This document shows positions 40,623 through 53,000 of a stretch of 58,087 bases of DNA, piece by piece (position 1 is the stretch's first letter; each line of letters begins with the position of its first letter). Origin of the DNA: a virus; the IMG/VR virus record IMGVR_UViG_3300035128_000037, positions 1 to 58,087 of that record; one strand, 5' to 3'. The notes under the pieces were generated by a model. That model did not search any database, was not told where the DNA came from, and worked only from the letters and a program-made list of their open reading frames with translations. The position numbers and the translations under genes were made by a program.

Positions 40623-41290
40623 AAAAATTACTCTTTGCCGTAATGGCAATCTTTGTGTCTGTTTCACTGGCCATTGCCGGCTCTCAGCAGACATCATCCA
40701 CCCTTGCATCGACAATCATATCCGATGTCCGTTCAGACTATGGTGACGCTACCCTGAACAACTTCTCGGCCGCCGAGATGCTCGAATACCTCAACGAGGG
40801 AATGGTAGACCTGGTAAACAAGTCTCATTGCCTTGAGGATACAGAATCGGTCAACCTTATTGCCGACACGATAGAATACACACTTTCGACAGCTTTCATT
40901 GAGGTTTTGGCGGTTCAGTACAACGACGCGAGCGGGGCCGTTTATGGGTTGAAAAAAGGTGATCCATCCATGGTCGGGCTGAAGTCTGACGAGGGGGATA
41001 TCGATGGTCCTCAGTTCTGGTACGAATTTGAAGGCAAGGTAGGTATTTATCCGGTGCTTTCGTCTGTTACGACAGAAACCTGTACCGTTTACCTTGTCAA
41101 AAGGCCGGTTGATATCGCGTCCAATGTGGCGATCACCATTCCCTCTATATACGAGACTGCTCTCAAGCTCTACATGCTCGGCAGGATGGCCCTTAAAGAC
41201 AGAAATGTTGAGATGTACCAAGCTGTAATGAGCCAGTACAGTTCAGAGCTCGGATTTTACCGTCAGGATCTTCAGGAAAAAACAAAATGA
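40619..41290 (+). CDS. Virion structural protein with hydrophobic signal-like N-terminus
   Basis: ATG 40619 overlaps the upstream stop. MKKLLFAVMAIFVSVSLAIA|GSQ. Confidence 0.45.
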   Translation: MKKLLFAVMAIFVSVSLAIAGSQQTSSTLASTIISDVRSDYGDATLNNFSAAEMLEYLNEGMVDLVNKSHCLEDTESVNLIADTIEYTLSTAFIEVLAVQYNDASGAVYGLKKGDPSMVGLKSDEGDIDGPQFWYEFEGKVGIYPVLSSVTTETCTVYLVKRPVDIASNVAITIPSIYETALKLYMLGRMALKDRNVEMYQAVMSQYSSELGFYRQDLQEKTK

Positions 41291-44200
41291 TAAGAAAGCT
41301 TTTCATAATTTTCATTGCAATTGCTCTGTCATTAGGTGGCTTTTTTGTTTTTTCGGGATTTGACAAGGCAGACCAGATATTCTCATTCAGGTTCGACGGA
41401 CGATGGATGCCCAGTGTAAACCCGTTCAGTGTTGGCGCAAAAAATTATGTAACCCTTAAAAATCTCAGATATGAAGATCAGGGACTTGAAACCGTTGACG
41501 GCTATTCTGAAATTAACAGCACTCAGATAGACACCCCGGTAAGCGGTTTTCATTTTTACAAGGAAGGCGAATCTCATGTAGTTGCAAAGGTAAACAATTC
41601 AGGGTCTTACTATCTTTATGAGAACACAACCGCCATACCTGGTACGGGTGACTTTTCCGGGTCGAGCCTTTACCAGGTATCTGACGCAGAAGGTTATTTC
41701 ACAGATGGCCCCGCAGGGACCATGTTCTATGTTGATGACCAAAACGCATTGGTGTGGGGTGGAGATGAAATACGCGCTGCAGTCGTTTTCACGAGCGAAG
41801 ATAGCGATGGAAATGACGCTATCGATTACTCATCTGAGCTTTCCAACGAAATCGAATCAGAAGCGTTAGAAGTCGACAACCTATTTTCAAGCGTTGTTCT
41901 TTTGCTTCACATGGAAGGCGTTGATGAAGCCAGTACATTCACGGATTCGAGCGGCAGCAGCCATACAATATCCGCTAATGGTGGTGTGAATACAAGCTCT
42001 GATTTTGTGAAATTCGGAACGACATCTGCAGAATTTGATGGCCTTGGAGGTGTTGGAAATTCGTCTTTGAGTTCTGCCGATAGCGCTGATTGGAATATGG
42101 GAAGTTCCAATTTTGCAATAGATTTGTGGTTTAGGAATTGGCAGGCTCTGTTTCCAACCGGTGGAGACAAGGTCGCCCTCTACGAGCAGTATGACGATTC
42201 AGATAATTATTATGGGATTTATCTAACTGCCGGAACGAACACAACCATAAGCTTTGAAGTCGTGTCTTCCGGGACAGAGCATGTATCCATATCCCATGAA
42301 ACAACAACAACCGGATGGAAACACATTGCCGCTACCAGGAGCGGCAATACATTTACGCTTTATCTAAACGGAACATCCGTGGGAACCGACACCTATGCAG
42401 GGGCTCTTCCAGATCTGTCTTCTATTATCACGATAGGGTATGGATCAGAAACGGCCTCCTATATGGATGGCTATATTGATGAGTTGAGGATCACAAAGGG
42501 ATCTTCTCGGTGGGCGGGTAACTTTTCAGTTCCGACAACACCAGATCAAGAGGCGGCTCAGACATACTTTTTTATAGGTTCGCCGCTCAGAATCAACAGC
42601 TTTACTCCGTATTTTTCAAGCACGAACATCGCATCAAGTTCGCTTACCGTATCTGAACTTTCAGGATCGGTTTGGTCTGACCTTACAGTCACAGACAGTA
42701 CAACCAACGGAGGCGTATCGTTCGCACAAAACGGAACGGTTTCATGGGATCTTTCCAACTATGCAAAGCAAAGGTACATTAACGGCAGGGTTTTATACTG
42801 GTATCGCGTTCTTCTGAGTTCCGGCACGGCCGGAATATATAAGCTCAACGTTGGAATACCAATACAGCCGGTAGGAGATGTTTGGAACGGGTCCGAGAGA
42901 AAATGCACGAAATTCATGGTTTTAATGGATACCGTTTACAAAGATTATACCTTCTTCGTCGAGTCTGTTGATAGCACGAAAAATGCTGTTTACGCTGCAG
43001 AAATAGGTGGCCTTGATGACGCCGGGGATGCCATTTTTCTGATGTTCGATGAAAAAATAATGGGCATCAACGTCACAATGACATCAGAAAATGTTAATTC
43101 TGCAACTGTTCAGATAGCAAGCATAAAGTATTGGAACGGAACCGAATATGTTAGTGTAGGAGAATTTTACGACGGCACATACGACGATGACGATGACTCC
43201 ACGTTTGCAAAATCTGGCGTTATTAGTTGGTCTCCCCCTGAATATCGCGCAGAGCAACCAATAGAAATTTTCGGAGTAAGGGGATATATTTACAAAATCA
43301 CAATAAACGGAACGCTGACGAGCGATGGAAACCCAGACGAAACAACTATCGATTATGTCGGCGGCATAACGTCTCCGAAAAACATAACCGGGTATGACTC
43401 GGTTGCATCATATGGTGGAAGGGTACTTTTGATCGACGGAAACAGGATCGACTACTCGCAGACCGACACGCCATGGGTGTTTAACGGAATAGACTCCTCC
43501 AGGGATGGAAAACTTTCGATCTATATCGGAGATGATAAAAAAATTACGGCAATCGGAACGCTTCACAACAGGTACGGATCAAATATTATCCAATCCCTTG
43601 CAGTTTGCAAACCAAACGAAACGTTCCTCTTGTCTGGGTCTCAACCCTATATTTCATACAACGATTATTTTGTAAAAAAAAAGGTGTCTTCTAACATCGG
43701 TTGTCCCGCTCCAATGACGATGAGAGAAACAAACCTGACGGTCGGAGAAGATGGCGGCATACTGAGAAACGCATTAATGTGGCTCGATTCTGCAGGTCCT
43801 GTAATATTCGAAGGAACAGTTCCTGTTCACCGGAAAGAAGGCATAGAAAACTATTTTGATCCGTCAGAATCAGAATGTGTAAACTACAGTTATATTTATA
43901 AAGCAACCGCGTATGTTGATACTATTAACAATGAATACAACCTATTATTTCCATCCGGAGCTTCAACGGTCAATAACGCATGGCTCGTTTATAATTATAA
44001 AATAGGAAAGTGGTATGAGAAAGTGCCGGCAGCCTATCCGGTTTCGACATTCCCGGTAAGGGACGCCAACGGAGGAGTCTATAATTATGGTCTGTTGAAT
44101 GACGGAACCATGGTTAGGCTCGACAATGGAACAACGTGGGACGGCACGGCCATTGCCCAGCAGGTAAGGACAGGAGAGTTCTCCCCTCCGTTCATTGACG

Positions 44201-44505
44201 AGATGGGAATATGGGGAGTAAGCCATATATCAAAAGTAAAGATCGTTTCAGAGTCGATAACAGAAGACCGCGATATTACCATAAGCGCCTATCCGAACGG
44301 ATCTGTTTCCGCAAAAACAATAACCGTGCCGCTCAATAGCGGTGGAAATATTTCAAGAAACAGCAGGGAAGATACGTCATCTGGAGGAACGTATCTACCC
44401 CTTGATGGATATACTCATCAGATAGACTTCAGCGCAACAACATCTTCAGAAAAATGGAACCTTATTTATTGGGGATTCCAGGGACACGCGATTAGGGAGG
44501 ACTGA
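41287..44505 (+). CDS. Large tail protein with internal LamG domain
   Basis: 1072 aa with N-terminal TM-like segment. SNFAIDLWFRNWQ...IAATRSGNTFTLYLNGTSVG...YMDGYIDELRITKGSSRW is a Laminin_G_3 pattern. Confidence 0.55.
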   Translation: MIRKLFIIFIAIALSLGGFFVFSGFDKADQIFSFRFDGRWMPSVNPFSVGAKNYVTLKNLRYEDQGLETVDGYSEINSTQIDTPVSGFHFYKEGESHVVAKVNNSGSYYLYENTTAIPGTGDFSGSSLYQVSDAEGYFTDGPAGTMFYVDDQNALVWGGDEIRAAVVFTSEDSDGNDAIDYSSELSNEIESEALEVDNLFSSVVLLLHMEGVDEASTFTDSSGSSHTISANGGVNTSSDFVKFGTTSAEFDGLGGVGNSSLSSADSADWNMGSSNFAIDLWFRNWQALFPTGGDKVALYEQYDDSDNYYGIYLTAGTNTTISFEVVSSGTEHVSISHETTTTGWKHIAATRSGNTFTLYLNGTSVGTDTYAGALPDLSSIITIGYGSETASYMDGYIDELRITKGSSRWAGNFSVPTTPDQEAAQTYFFIGSPLRINSFTPYFSSTNIASSSLTVSELSGSVWSDLTVTDSTTNGGVSFAQNGTVSWDLSNYAKQRYINGRVLYWYRVLLSSGTAGIYKLNVGIPIQPVGDVWNGSERKCTKFMVLMDTVYKDYTFFVESVDSTKNAVYAAEIGGLDDAGDAIFLMFDEKIMGINVTMTSENVNSATVQIASIKYWNGTEYVSVGEFYDGTYDDDDDSTFAKSGVISWSPPEYRAEQPIEIFGVRGYIYKITINGTLTSDGNPDETTIDYVGGITSPKNITGYDSVASYGGRVLLIDGNRIDYSQTDTPWVFNGIDSSRDGKLSIYIGDDKKITAIGTLHNRYGSNIIQSLAVCKPNETFLLSGSQPYISYNDYFVKKKVSSNIGCPAPMTMRETNLTVGEDGGILRNALMWLDSAGPVIFEGTVPVHRKEGIENYFDPSESECVNYSYIYKATAYVDTINNEYNLLFPSGASTVNNAWLVYNYKIGKWYEKVPAAYPVSTFPVRDANGGVYNYGLLNDGTMVRLDNGTTWDGTAIAQQVRTGEFSPPFIDEMGIWGVSHISKVKIVSESITEDRDITISAYPNGSVSAKTITVPLNSGGNISRNSREDTSSGGTYLPLDGYTHQIDFSATTSSEKWNLIYWGFQGHAIRED

Positions 44506-44507
44506 AA

Positions 44508-44945
44508 ATGCTGAGAAGAACGCCCAAGCTTACAGACGACATGATACTTGCCAACGCATCCCGTTCAAGAGAGAGCGGTCCTGCCGTGATCGATACGACT
44601 CCAGTTTTGGCAAGGCATGCCGCCCAACAGGCGGCAGACAGAACGGCTATGGAGGATGCCGGCCGAGGTTTGTCCCTTCAAAGAAAAAGGCTCTCCCAGA
44701 ATGCCGATCAGTTCGGTAAAACGATGCAGATGCAAAGAGACACCCTGAACACCAATAAAAAGCTTTCCGACATTTCGAATATTATATCCGGAGCAGGTCT
44801 CGGTTTGTCAGCAGTAAACTCTTACCAGAATCGCCAAAGATCTTTGCAAAGGCAAAACAAGATAAACGAAATGATAAAAAACACAAAGCGTTATGGTTAT
44901 GAAACAGATATGTTCATATCTGATTTCATATCCGCATTACAATAA
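44508..44945 (+). CDS. Internal virion or ejection protein candidate
   Basis: Called from its position between the tail gene and the giant virion protein. Confidence 0.35.
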   Translation: MLRRTPKLTDDMILANASRSRESGPAVIDTTPVLARHAAQQAADRTAMEDAGRGLSLQRKRLSQNADQFGKTMQMQRDTLNTNKKLSDISNIISGAGLGLSAVNSYQNRQRSLQRQNKINEMIKNTKRYGYETDMFISDFISALQ

Positions 44946-44956
44946 TAGGGGGACCC

Positions 44957-46336
44957 ATGAATACCCAACTTTCAGCATTGACAGGTAGACGGCCGACATT
45001 CAGCTATGCTGATATAGTTGCTGCCGAAGCACCGAGCGCGAAGCAGACGTATTTCAATAATTTGCAAAGAGAGCTTGAGGAAGAAGCGCTCAAAAAGCAA
45101 CAAGATCAGTTTCAAGAGCAGCTCGATCTTCAGCAACAGTACAATGATGACATGGCAGACCAGGGAAATATGTCCAACCTTTCCGCCGGGGCGTCGTTGG
45201 CTCTTGAAACATACCCCTATGTGAAAGATACGGGAAGCTCTCTTGCTGAAGGAGCTGGAAAGCTTTACAAGTCTTTGTTTCCGGCAACCGACCCAGCAGT
45301 TAGCGGGGCCATGGAGGGGGCCGAGATCACATCCGGTCTTGGAGATGCAGCGCCTGCGGTTTCCGATCTGATATATGCAGAGGGTGGGGCAGATATAGCG
45401 CCGATTGCCAGTGGTGGCGGTGGTGCTGTTGATATCGGTGGAGCGGCTTCAGGAGGAGAGTTCACGGCCGGACTGGACGCCGCCGACGCAGCTGGTGCGG
45501 CCGATGCCGCTGGAGGTGGGGCAGACCTTGCTGGATCATTCATGGATAACATGAGCGGGGTCGATTGGGTTTCTCTCGGAATTGCAATCCAGAGCCTTCT
45601 TGGTGAAAACACCGACACAACATTCGAAGGGCAACCAACATCCACAGTATTTGATTTCACCGGAGAGGGAGACATACCGTTTGAGCCGCGAGTTGGGAAT
45701 GACCCATGGCAGGGTTATTGGAGAGACCTTATCGGTATCGAACCATCTGCCGGCGAAAAGTGGGACGCATCAATATGGAACGCGATTCACAACGAGAACG
45801 GAAGCGAGGATTGGAAAAAAACTTTCGTCAGAACCCCTGACCTTGTAAGTCAGTGGATAGATCCAGCAGGGACGTTTGTTGGCGATACCCTTTCCGGGAT
45901 TCTTGGTAAAAACGGCGTCAATGAGGATTGGCAGGCGGCCTCAGAGGCCTTGATAAACCCGATCGGCGCTATTACTGACGAAGTTGCCGACATCGGTGAA
46001 GACTCCTACATTTGCGGAGCAACTGCAAATCACGTTGGAATGGACCGCAGAGACCTTGCCCTTCTCAACAGAATGTACGCATATGCCCTGGAAAAAGAGT
46101 CTCCGAGAGCCAAGTTCTACATGAAGCACGGCCAGGAGCTTGTCCGTATCATGACGGCCTCCGTAGAGGATCCAAAATCATTCTACGCCGAGATCAAAAA
46201 GAGCATGCTTATTCCGGTCGTAAACCACTTGAAGGACAAAATGCTTGATGAAGGTCTTGATCTATATATTGACCATTGCATCGCACTAACAAAAGAGTAT
46301 GCTCCTGAACTATACGAGCAAATTCCACAAGAATAG
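44957..46336 (+). CDS. Internal virion or ejection protein candidate with Gly/Ala-rich segment
   Basis: GGADIAPIASGGGGAVDIGGAASGGEF...AADAAGGGADLAG. Confidence 0.35.
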   Translation: MNTQLSALTGRRPTFSYADIVAAEAPSAKQTYFNNLQRELEEEALKKQQDQFQEQLDLQQQYNDDMADQGNMSNLSAGASLALETYPYVKDTGSSLAEGAGKLYKSLFPATDPAVSGAMEGAEITSGLGDAAPAVSDLIYAEGGADIAPIASGGGGAVDIGGAASGGEFTAGLDAADAAGAADAAGGGADLAGSFMDNMSGVDWVSLGIAIQSLLGENTDTTFEGQPTSTVFDFTGEGDIPFEPRVGNDPWQGYWRDLIGIEPSAGEKWDASIWNAIHNENGSEDWKKTFVRTPDLVSQWIDPAGTFVGDTLSGILGKNGVNEDWQAASEALINPIGAITDEVADIGEDSYICGATANHVGMDRRDLALLNRMYAYALEKESPRAKFYMKHGQELVRIMTASVEDPKSFYAEIKKSMLIPVVNHLKDKMLDEGLDLYIDHCIALTKEYAPELYEQIPQE

Positions 46337-46348
46337 AAGGGGGTTGCC

Positions 46349-47089
46349 ATGGCAGGCGGCTTGACACCAGATTACGGAATGACATCAAGAAGCATATTCC
46401 GCTTGGCAGACATGCTCAGACAGGGAACCAACGATAAATATCGCCACGATGAGGCAATGCCCGTACTCGACCTTCAGTCTGCCAAAGACGATGCTGATCG
46501 ACAAACCCTGGCAGGTCAACACAGGATTGCCCTTGAGCAGCAGAAGCGCCAGAAGTTTCTCGCCGAACCTGTTGACATTCAGACCGCCATTACTGAATCA
46601 AAGCTGAGTCCGGATACGAAACAGAAGCTGCTTCAGGGTCTCCCCAAGGAATTGCTTGGAACAGTGGCCCCCAGGGCTAAAATATTCGAGGCTTATGGAA
46701 AGGCCAAGCAGAACATGCTCAATCGAAGGAGCAACGAGAAAATCAACGCACAACGTGCAGCAACCTCAAAGGATAACCGGTCAACTATGGAAAAGGATGT
46801 CGACGCTATTTCCAGAATTTATAGGATAGACCGCAAGCAGGCCTATGAGCGCTATCAGAAAGACAAGAACCTTGGAGAGCGCATCAGGCTCTACAACAAT
46901 GCCGTCGAAAACCTCGACAAGTTCCTGAATGAAGATGAGAAAGAACAGAAACTTAAACACCTTCAGCAGGCATTCGGTATTGATGAGCTGATGAACAAAC
47001 CTCAGGAACAACAGGTTCAGACTCCACAGAAACCGACTGTCAATCTCGTTTGGGACAGCAAACAAATGAAACTGGTGCCGGCCAAATGA
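46349..47089 (+). CDS. Coiled-coil virion protein candidate
   Basis: Gln/Lys/Glu-rich 246 aa. Confidence 0.35.
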   Translation: MAGGLTPDYGMTSRSIFRLADMLRQGTNDKYRHDEAMPVLDLQSAKDDADRQTLAGQHRIALEQQKRQKFLAEPVDIQTAITESKLSPDTKQKLLQGLPKELLGTVAPRAKIFEAYGKAKQNMLNRRSNEKINAQRAATSKDNRSTMEKDVDAISRIYRIDRKQAYERYQKDKNLGERIRLYNNAVENLDKFLNEDEKEQKLKHLQQAFGIDELMNKPQEQQVQTPQKPTVNLVWDSKQMKLVPAK

Positions 47090-50000
47090 TCGTATCCATA
47101 CCCGATAAAGGTCTTACCGTAGAATTTCCTGATGATATGGATCAGGAAGAAATATCGAGCATTATTCGTCGTGATATTTACGGAGAGACGCCCGAGCCGG
47201 CTCGTCTTGATCAACCCGCCTATGACCGCAGTTCGGTGAGGCCAAACCCTGTAAGCGACCGATCGGTTTCAGCCGCGTCCATCCCCGGAATGATGGAGCA
47301 GCAAACAAGCCTTGCAACCAATCCGAACAGAATACGACCGATGAACGCCCTGGTTGAAGGCGGCAAGGATGTTGTCAGGGGGTCACTGAACTTCCTTAAT
47401 GCAGCCAATGAGGCCAAGGCAAGGAATATAGAGGCATCCGGCAACAAGGATCTTGCTAACGAGATCCGCAGGCAGGGCGCGACAGATGTTCTTTACCGTC
47501 AGCTTGACGAGAAATGGCTCAAACCGGACGGTACATTCAAGAGACCGGAAGGCTTTAAGGGCTACGTCTACGATGTTGTTCGGATGACGCCACAGGTTGC
47601 GTCTCAAATTGGCGTTTCGATCGCCGGGGGGCCGGTGGCCGGTGGCATGTTCATGGGAACGCAGATAGCCGGCCAAACAGTTGATAACCTCGAAAAACAG
47701 GGCGTCGATCCAGAAAGGGCATGGAAGGCCGCCCTTGCGAATGCGTTCTCCCAAGCACCCATGGAGCAGCTCGGTATCGGAAAGGCTCTCAAGTTCTGGA
47801 AGCCTGGAAAGACCGCTTCAAAGGCGTTACGCGCCATGGTCGAATCTGGCGGCACAGAATTCTTGACAGAGTGGGCCCAGCAATACCCTGAACTTGCTGC
47901 AAGAATATGGGCGGCCGGCGAAGGAAAAGACAAGTGGGATCTTCTTAACGAGTTCACGGAAGGATGGTGGGAGGCCACGAAAGAGGGAATGTACCAGGGC
48001 CTTGTCGCCGCTCCTCTTGGTGCGGCTGCCGGTGGCGCAGGTGCTGTTTCTCAAATTCAAGAGACTGCAGAACCATCCATTGAGTCCCCGGAAATAAAAA
48101 CCAAAGCTCCGGTTGTTGACGAGATCCGCGAAAAGACACTAAATGACCTCGTTAAGGGCGAATACACGGTCGAAAACATTCTCGAAGGCCTTGATCAGGT
48201 CCCTGATGAATATCGATCATCTATCGAGGCCGCGGTAAACGATTTCGAATCCGGCAGGATAAACAAGCCCGATATCGAAACCAACAAGCCGTTTGAGTTT
48301 CCAGAGCATACAGACGCAGAACGGTCGGACATGGAATCAGAGATTGAACGTCAGCGCAATGCACCCCAAACATACTCCATGAATGATCGTATCCAGGCGA
48401 ATCGTGAGGATACCCAGGCCGCGTTTGACGCAGAAGACATGGCTTACCTTGACAAACTCAGAAAAGAAGCTGGAATGGGCGCCACAGGAGATGTCCCCGG
48501 AGCTTCTTTAGATGAGGCTCAGCAGTATCGGGAGATGGCGGCAAGACTTGGCTTGACCGAACCAGCAACACAGACCGCGCTTCCACCGGGTCAGGGTTTC
48601 GAACTCGTTGACCGTCCTCGCGGAATGGATGTCGTTCCATCCAAAACAACACAGATGCCTTACACTCCCGAGCCGCAGCCACCAGCGGGCAACCTCCCTC
48701 GGGAAGTGCCGGGAGAGCCTGCCCAAGGTTTCCCAGGGCCTGGGCAGGCTCGACCCACCCCTGCCGCCACAGAGCAGGTCGCGGAGACTGTTAAGCCTAC
48801 CGCCGAAACAACGCCGAAAGGTACGCAGAAGTCTGTTAAGTTATATCACGTTGGGCATAAGTTGGCACAAGGCGAGGACATGAAAGCTGACCATCGTGGA
48901 TTGGTGTGGTTTAGCCCAGGTAGCAAATACGGTGCAGGCAAAGAAAACGTTCCGACAACAGAAATTATTGTGCCCAGGGATAAGATTCTTGTCATAGAAG
49001 ATGAAAATGGGGTGGCCGTCGATAATGAAGGCCAAGATGTTATTTCTGCAACCAAAAATGGCTCAAAGTCTGAAATATTTAACGAAGCAAAAAAACGGGG
49101 TTATGTTGCAGTACAGCGCGGATATGACGTTTCTATGGAACCGTCTACGGCAAGTAAGTATCTTGCCGCAAAAGCGGAGTCTCCACAATCAGCCGCCACC
49201 CAATTCAACGAATCAACCCCCGGAAACGACCTGAAGTTCGACGGAGAACAGGACAGATCTGCGATAAACAAGCCACCTCTTTACGGGTTCACGCCCCAAT
49301 CCGGTCCTATGCGCGGCAGATCGTTCAGTGTTGAGACACCTACCGCCGAAGCTGTGACCTCTAAATTTAATGAGATGGTGGCCAAACAGTCCGAGTTTGA
49401 TAAGGAGCGCCCCTTCAGAAAACGAGCGCCGGAACGAAATCCAATCCAAGAGTCATCTGTTGAGCGCGCTGAAGCGGTGGGACAAACACGACCCCAAGAA
49501 ACACCTGGATCGGCTTGGATAGGGGATCAGCGCAGACCATTCATTAATCCACGCCAGATAAAGCGAGGTAAAAACAAGGGTAAATATTACGTTCAATTGA
49601 CGGCTGGTCGTGACGCTGACGGGAATATCAATCCCGGAAAACGCCGGATAGTTTATGAAAAGGATATCGTTTCTTGGCCTGAAGAAGCGGCCACCAAACC
49701 AGTCACCGAAAATATTGAATCAAAAGAAAAACAGGAAGATAAATCGGCCACCGAAGAGAAGCCCGATACCACCAAAAAAAAGAAGCTCTCCACCAAAACC
49801 GAATCAGATTATGTTTTTCATAGGGGCAGCGATCCAAAAACAGCTACAAACATAGTACTTGCGGCAGACGACAGGGAATCTGTTTCCCAATATGGAGATA
49901 ACGAATATGCGATACCAAAATCAAGTTTAAAGGATGTTCCTGGGTGGGTCCAAAAATTTGCCGAGAAATACTATAAAAAACAATATGGAAGCGAATACGA

Positions 50001-53000
50001 CGAATATCTTGGGCCGAATACAAATCCCGATGACATAGTTAATTCAGCAGACGTTTGGGATGATATGGATTTTGTGGCCTCACTTTGGGATGAAAACGAG
50101 ACAAAACTTGAAAAATTAATAGATAGCGGTATCGTTGGATTCAAAACGAACGACGGGGCTGTAATTTTACCAGGTGATCACGTTGGTTATATTGTGAACG
50201 CAGGCAACTTCGACACCACCAAAACAGAAGTCTCCGGGGCACCCACCGATAAGGTCAAATCCATACTAAAGAACGAAACCGGATCATCACAGATCGCAAC
50301 CGACATTCTGAATTATGGGATAGAGCTAAAGAACAGTGGCGTTGAAACTCTCTCAAAATTTAGAAGGGAAATGAGAGAGCGCTTTAAAGATATATGGGAA
50401 AAAATTAAATCAATAATCAATGACTTGTGGCGTGTTATCAATAATGAACGCGGCGAGATAAAATTAGAAAAAGCACCCGATACGCCCATCAACCCGTTCC
50501 TTGAAAAGTTCAAGAATAATATTGATGCCAAGAAGGAAAGTCCGTCTGACGATCCGTCATTAAAGGAATCTCCTGAACCCGAAACTTCAAAAAGGATATG
50601 GGACGAATTCATATACCAGGCCCAGGACAAGTTCAACTATTTGAACAAGGCGCAGATGAGAGCGGCCAGGAAAAAAGGGTCGGACCTTCCCGAATACATG
50701 GACGCCATCCTTGCAGAGATCAGATACCACGGCATGGTTGGCGCAGAGATAGACGATTCTGAAAATGATCATGTAGTTCCGCTTCTTGACCTGATGAGCA
50801 AGAACGGAATCGATTCGGAAATGGCCGGCGAATACCTCGTCGCTCGTCATGCGAAAGAGGCCAACGCCCAGCTTAAGAAAATAAACCTCACCAAGGACGA
50901 GGTTGAGGAACAAAGATCAGAGTTGACCGACAGGCTTGATAGGATCAAGTCAGAGCGCTCCAATATCAGAAAGGCCAAACCAGACAAGTACCCAATCGAT
51001 AAGCGATACAAGCAGACCGAAAAGGCCATGATGGCCACTCACGCAGCTATCGCACGACTCGACAATTACACACCCGTAGAGGATAACACGGCCTTGTCAG
51101 GCATGACCGACGAACGAGCCGACGAAATCCTTGCAGAGGCATCCAAGTCGAAAAAAGCGAGAGTTCTTGACGAGATCGGCCGGCGAGTGGACGCCATTAC
51201 CCAGGCCCAAAGAGACCTTTTGAGACAGTCCGGTCTCGAGAAGGACGAAACAATCGACGCCTGGGAAGCTGTCTATCGCCACTACGTTCCGCTTTTCAGG
51301 GAGGGGAAAGACGCCTCTTTACCGAAAAAAGGTCGTGGATTCGACACAAGGGGAGGTCAGAAAAGGCGCGCCGGGTCTACGAGGGAAATAGATTTCGGCA
51401 GAATCCTTCCACAAATTGTAAGCCAGTACCAGACAACCATCGTGAGGTCCGAAAAGGCTAAGGTTGGGAGGGCATTTCTTGAATTCGCAAAAGCCAATGA
51501 GGGCCCATGGAAGGTTGATCAGGTAGAATACGCGCCGAGTTTTAATTCTGATGGTCTCGTTGTTTATCGCCCAGATCCCCAATATCGCCTTATGGACAAC
51601 GTGATGGCTGTTCGAATCAACGGCGAGGAGCATCATATCACGTTCGACGAAGGCGACCATGAAGCGATGAGGATCGTTTCGGCACTTAAGAACCTGGATG
51701 CAGAAACGAATGGAATATTGGTTAAGTCCCTTTCCAAAGTAACAAGATGGCTTGCCATGGTCAATACCGGTCTCAACCCGGAGTTTATCATCACAAACTT
51801 TGGCAGGGATATTCAGACCGCCATTTACAATATGAACGATTCAGAGGCTCACGATATCAAGATGAAGGCCCTGAAGGACGTTCCTGCAGCGCTGAAGGGA
51901 ATATACCAGGGGCGCCGGAAAGGCATCAAGGATACCGAGTGGGGATCATGGTACGAACGTTTTAGGAAGGCAGGCGGCCAGACCGGATGGGTCGAAAGCT
52001 ATTCCGATATCAACGCCAGGAGAAGAAGCCTTGAGCGTCAGATAAGGCGCATGAAACCCGATAATTTCCACACCACCTTGAGGGGAATGAAAGCTGTTGG
52101 GGATTGGGTCAACGACATGAATACGGTCGTTGAAAATGGAATCAGGCTTTCAGTTTTCAAAAACCTGGTCGAAAAAGGCGCTACGGAAGCCAAGGCCGCC
52201 CGGGTGGCCAAAGAGCTTACCGTCAACTTCAACCGCAAGGGAAACATGGGCCCAGCAATAAACGCATGGAAGCTTTTCTATAATGCGTCCATCCAGGGAA
52301 CCGCCCGTGTGCTGATGGCCACCAAGAACCAGAAGGTTAGAAGGCGTTTCATATATCCGACAATCGCCTTCGCCTGGGCCCTTGACGCCATAAACCGGTC
52401 AGTCGGCGGGGATGATGAGGATGGTGAACCCTATTACGATAAAATACCGGATTGGGTTAAGGACAGAAAATTGATCGTGATGCTCCCAAAACAGATCGGC
52501 GGCGGTGAAGGAGAATACTTTTCGCTTCCGTTGCCGTGGGGGTACAACGTGCTTCATGTGATTGGGCAAACCCTTGGAGAACTTACCACGAAAAAGAACT
52601 TCAAGCCGGTCGACGGAGGATTGAGGCTTGCCCGGGCGACGATCGACGCTTTCAATCCTGTTGGAAACGATATCAGTTTCCTTCAAACGCTGGCGCCGGC
52701 ACCCCTAATTCCAATTGTTCAGGTGGTTGAAAATAAGGATTGGACCGGAAAAAGAATCCATCCGGAGAACGATATCTATAACCCGAAACCGATGTCAGAG
52801 CTTTACTGGTCGTCAGTAAGGGAACCGTCAAGGGATGTCGCCAGATTATTGAATCAGATCGGCGGTGGCAATGAGGCCAAGGTAGGCGTTGAATGGCTCG
52901 ATATCAGCCCAGAATCGATCGACCATGTTGTTGACGCCGTTGGTGGTGGTATGGCCAAGTTCTTTGCAAGGAGCGCATCGGCGGCCAGGAAATACTCAAA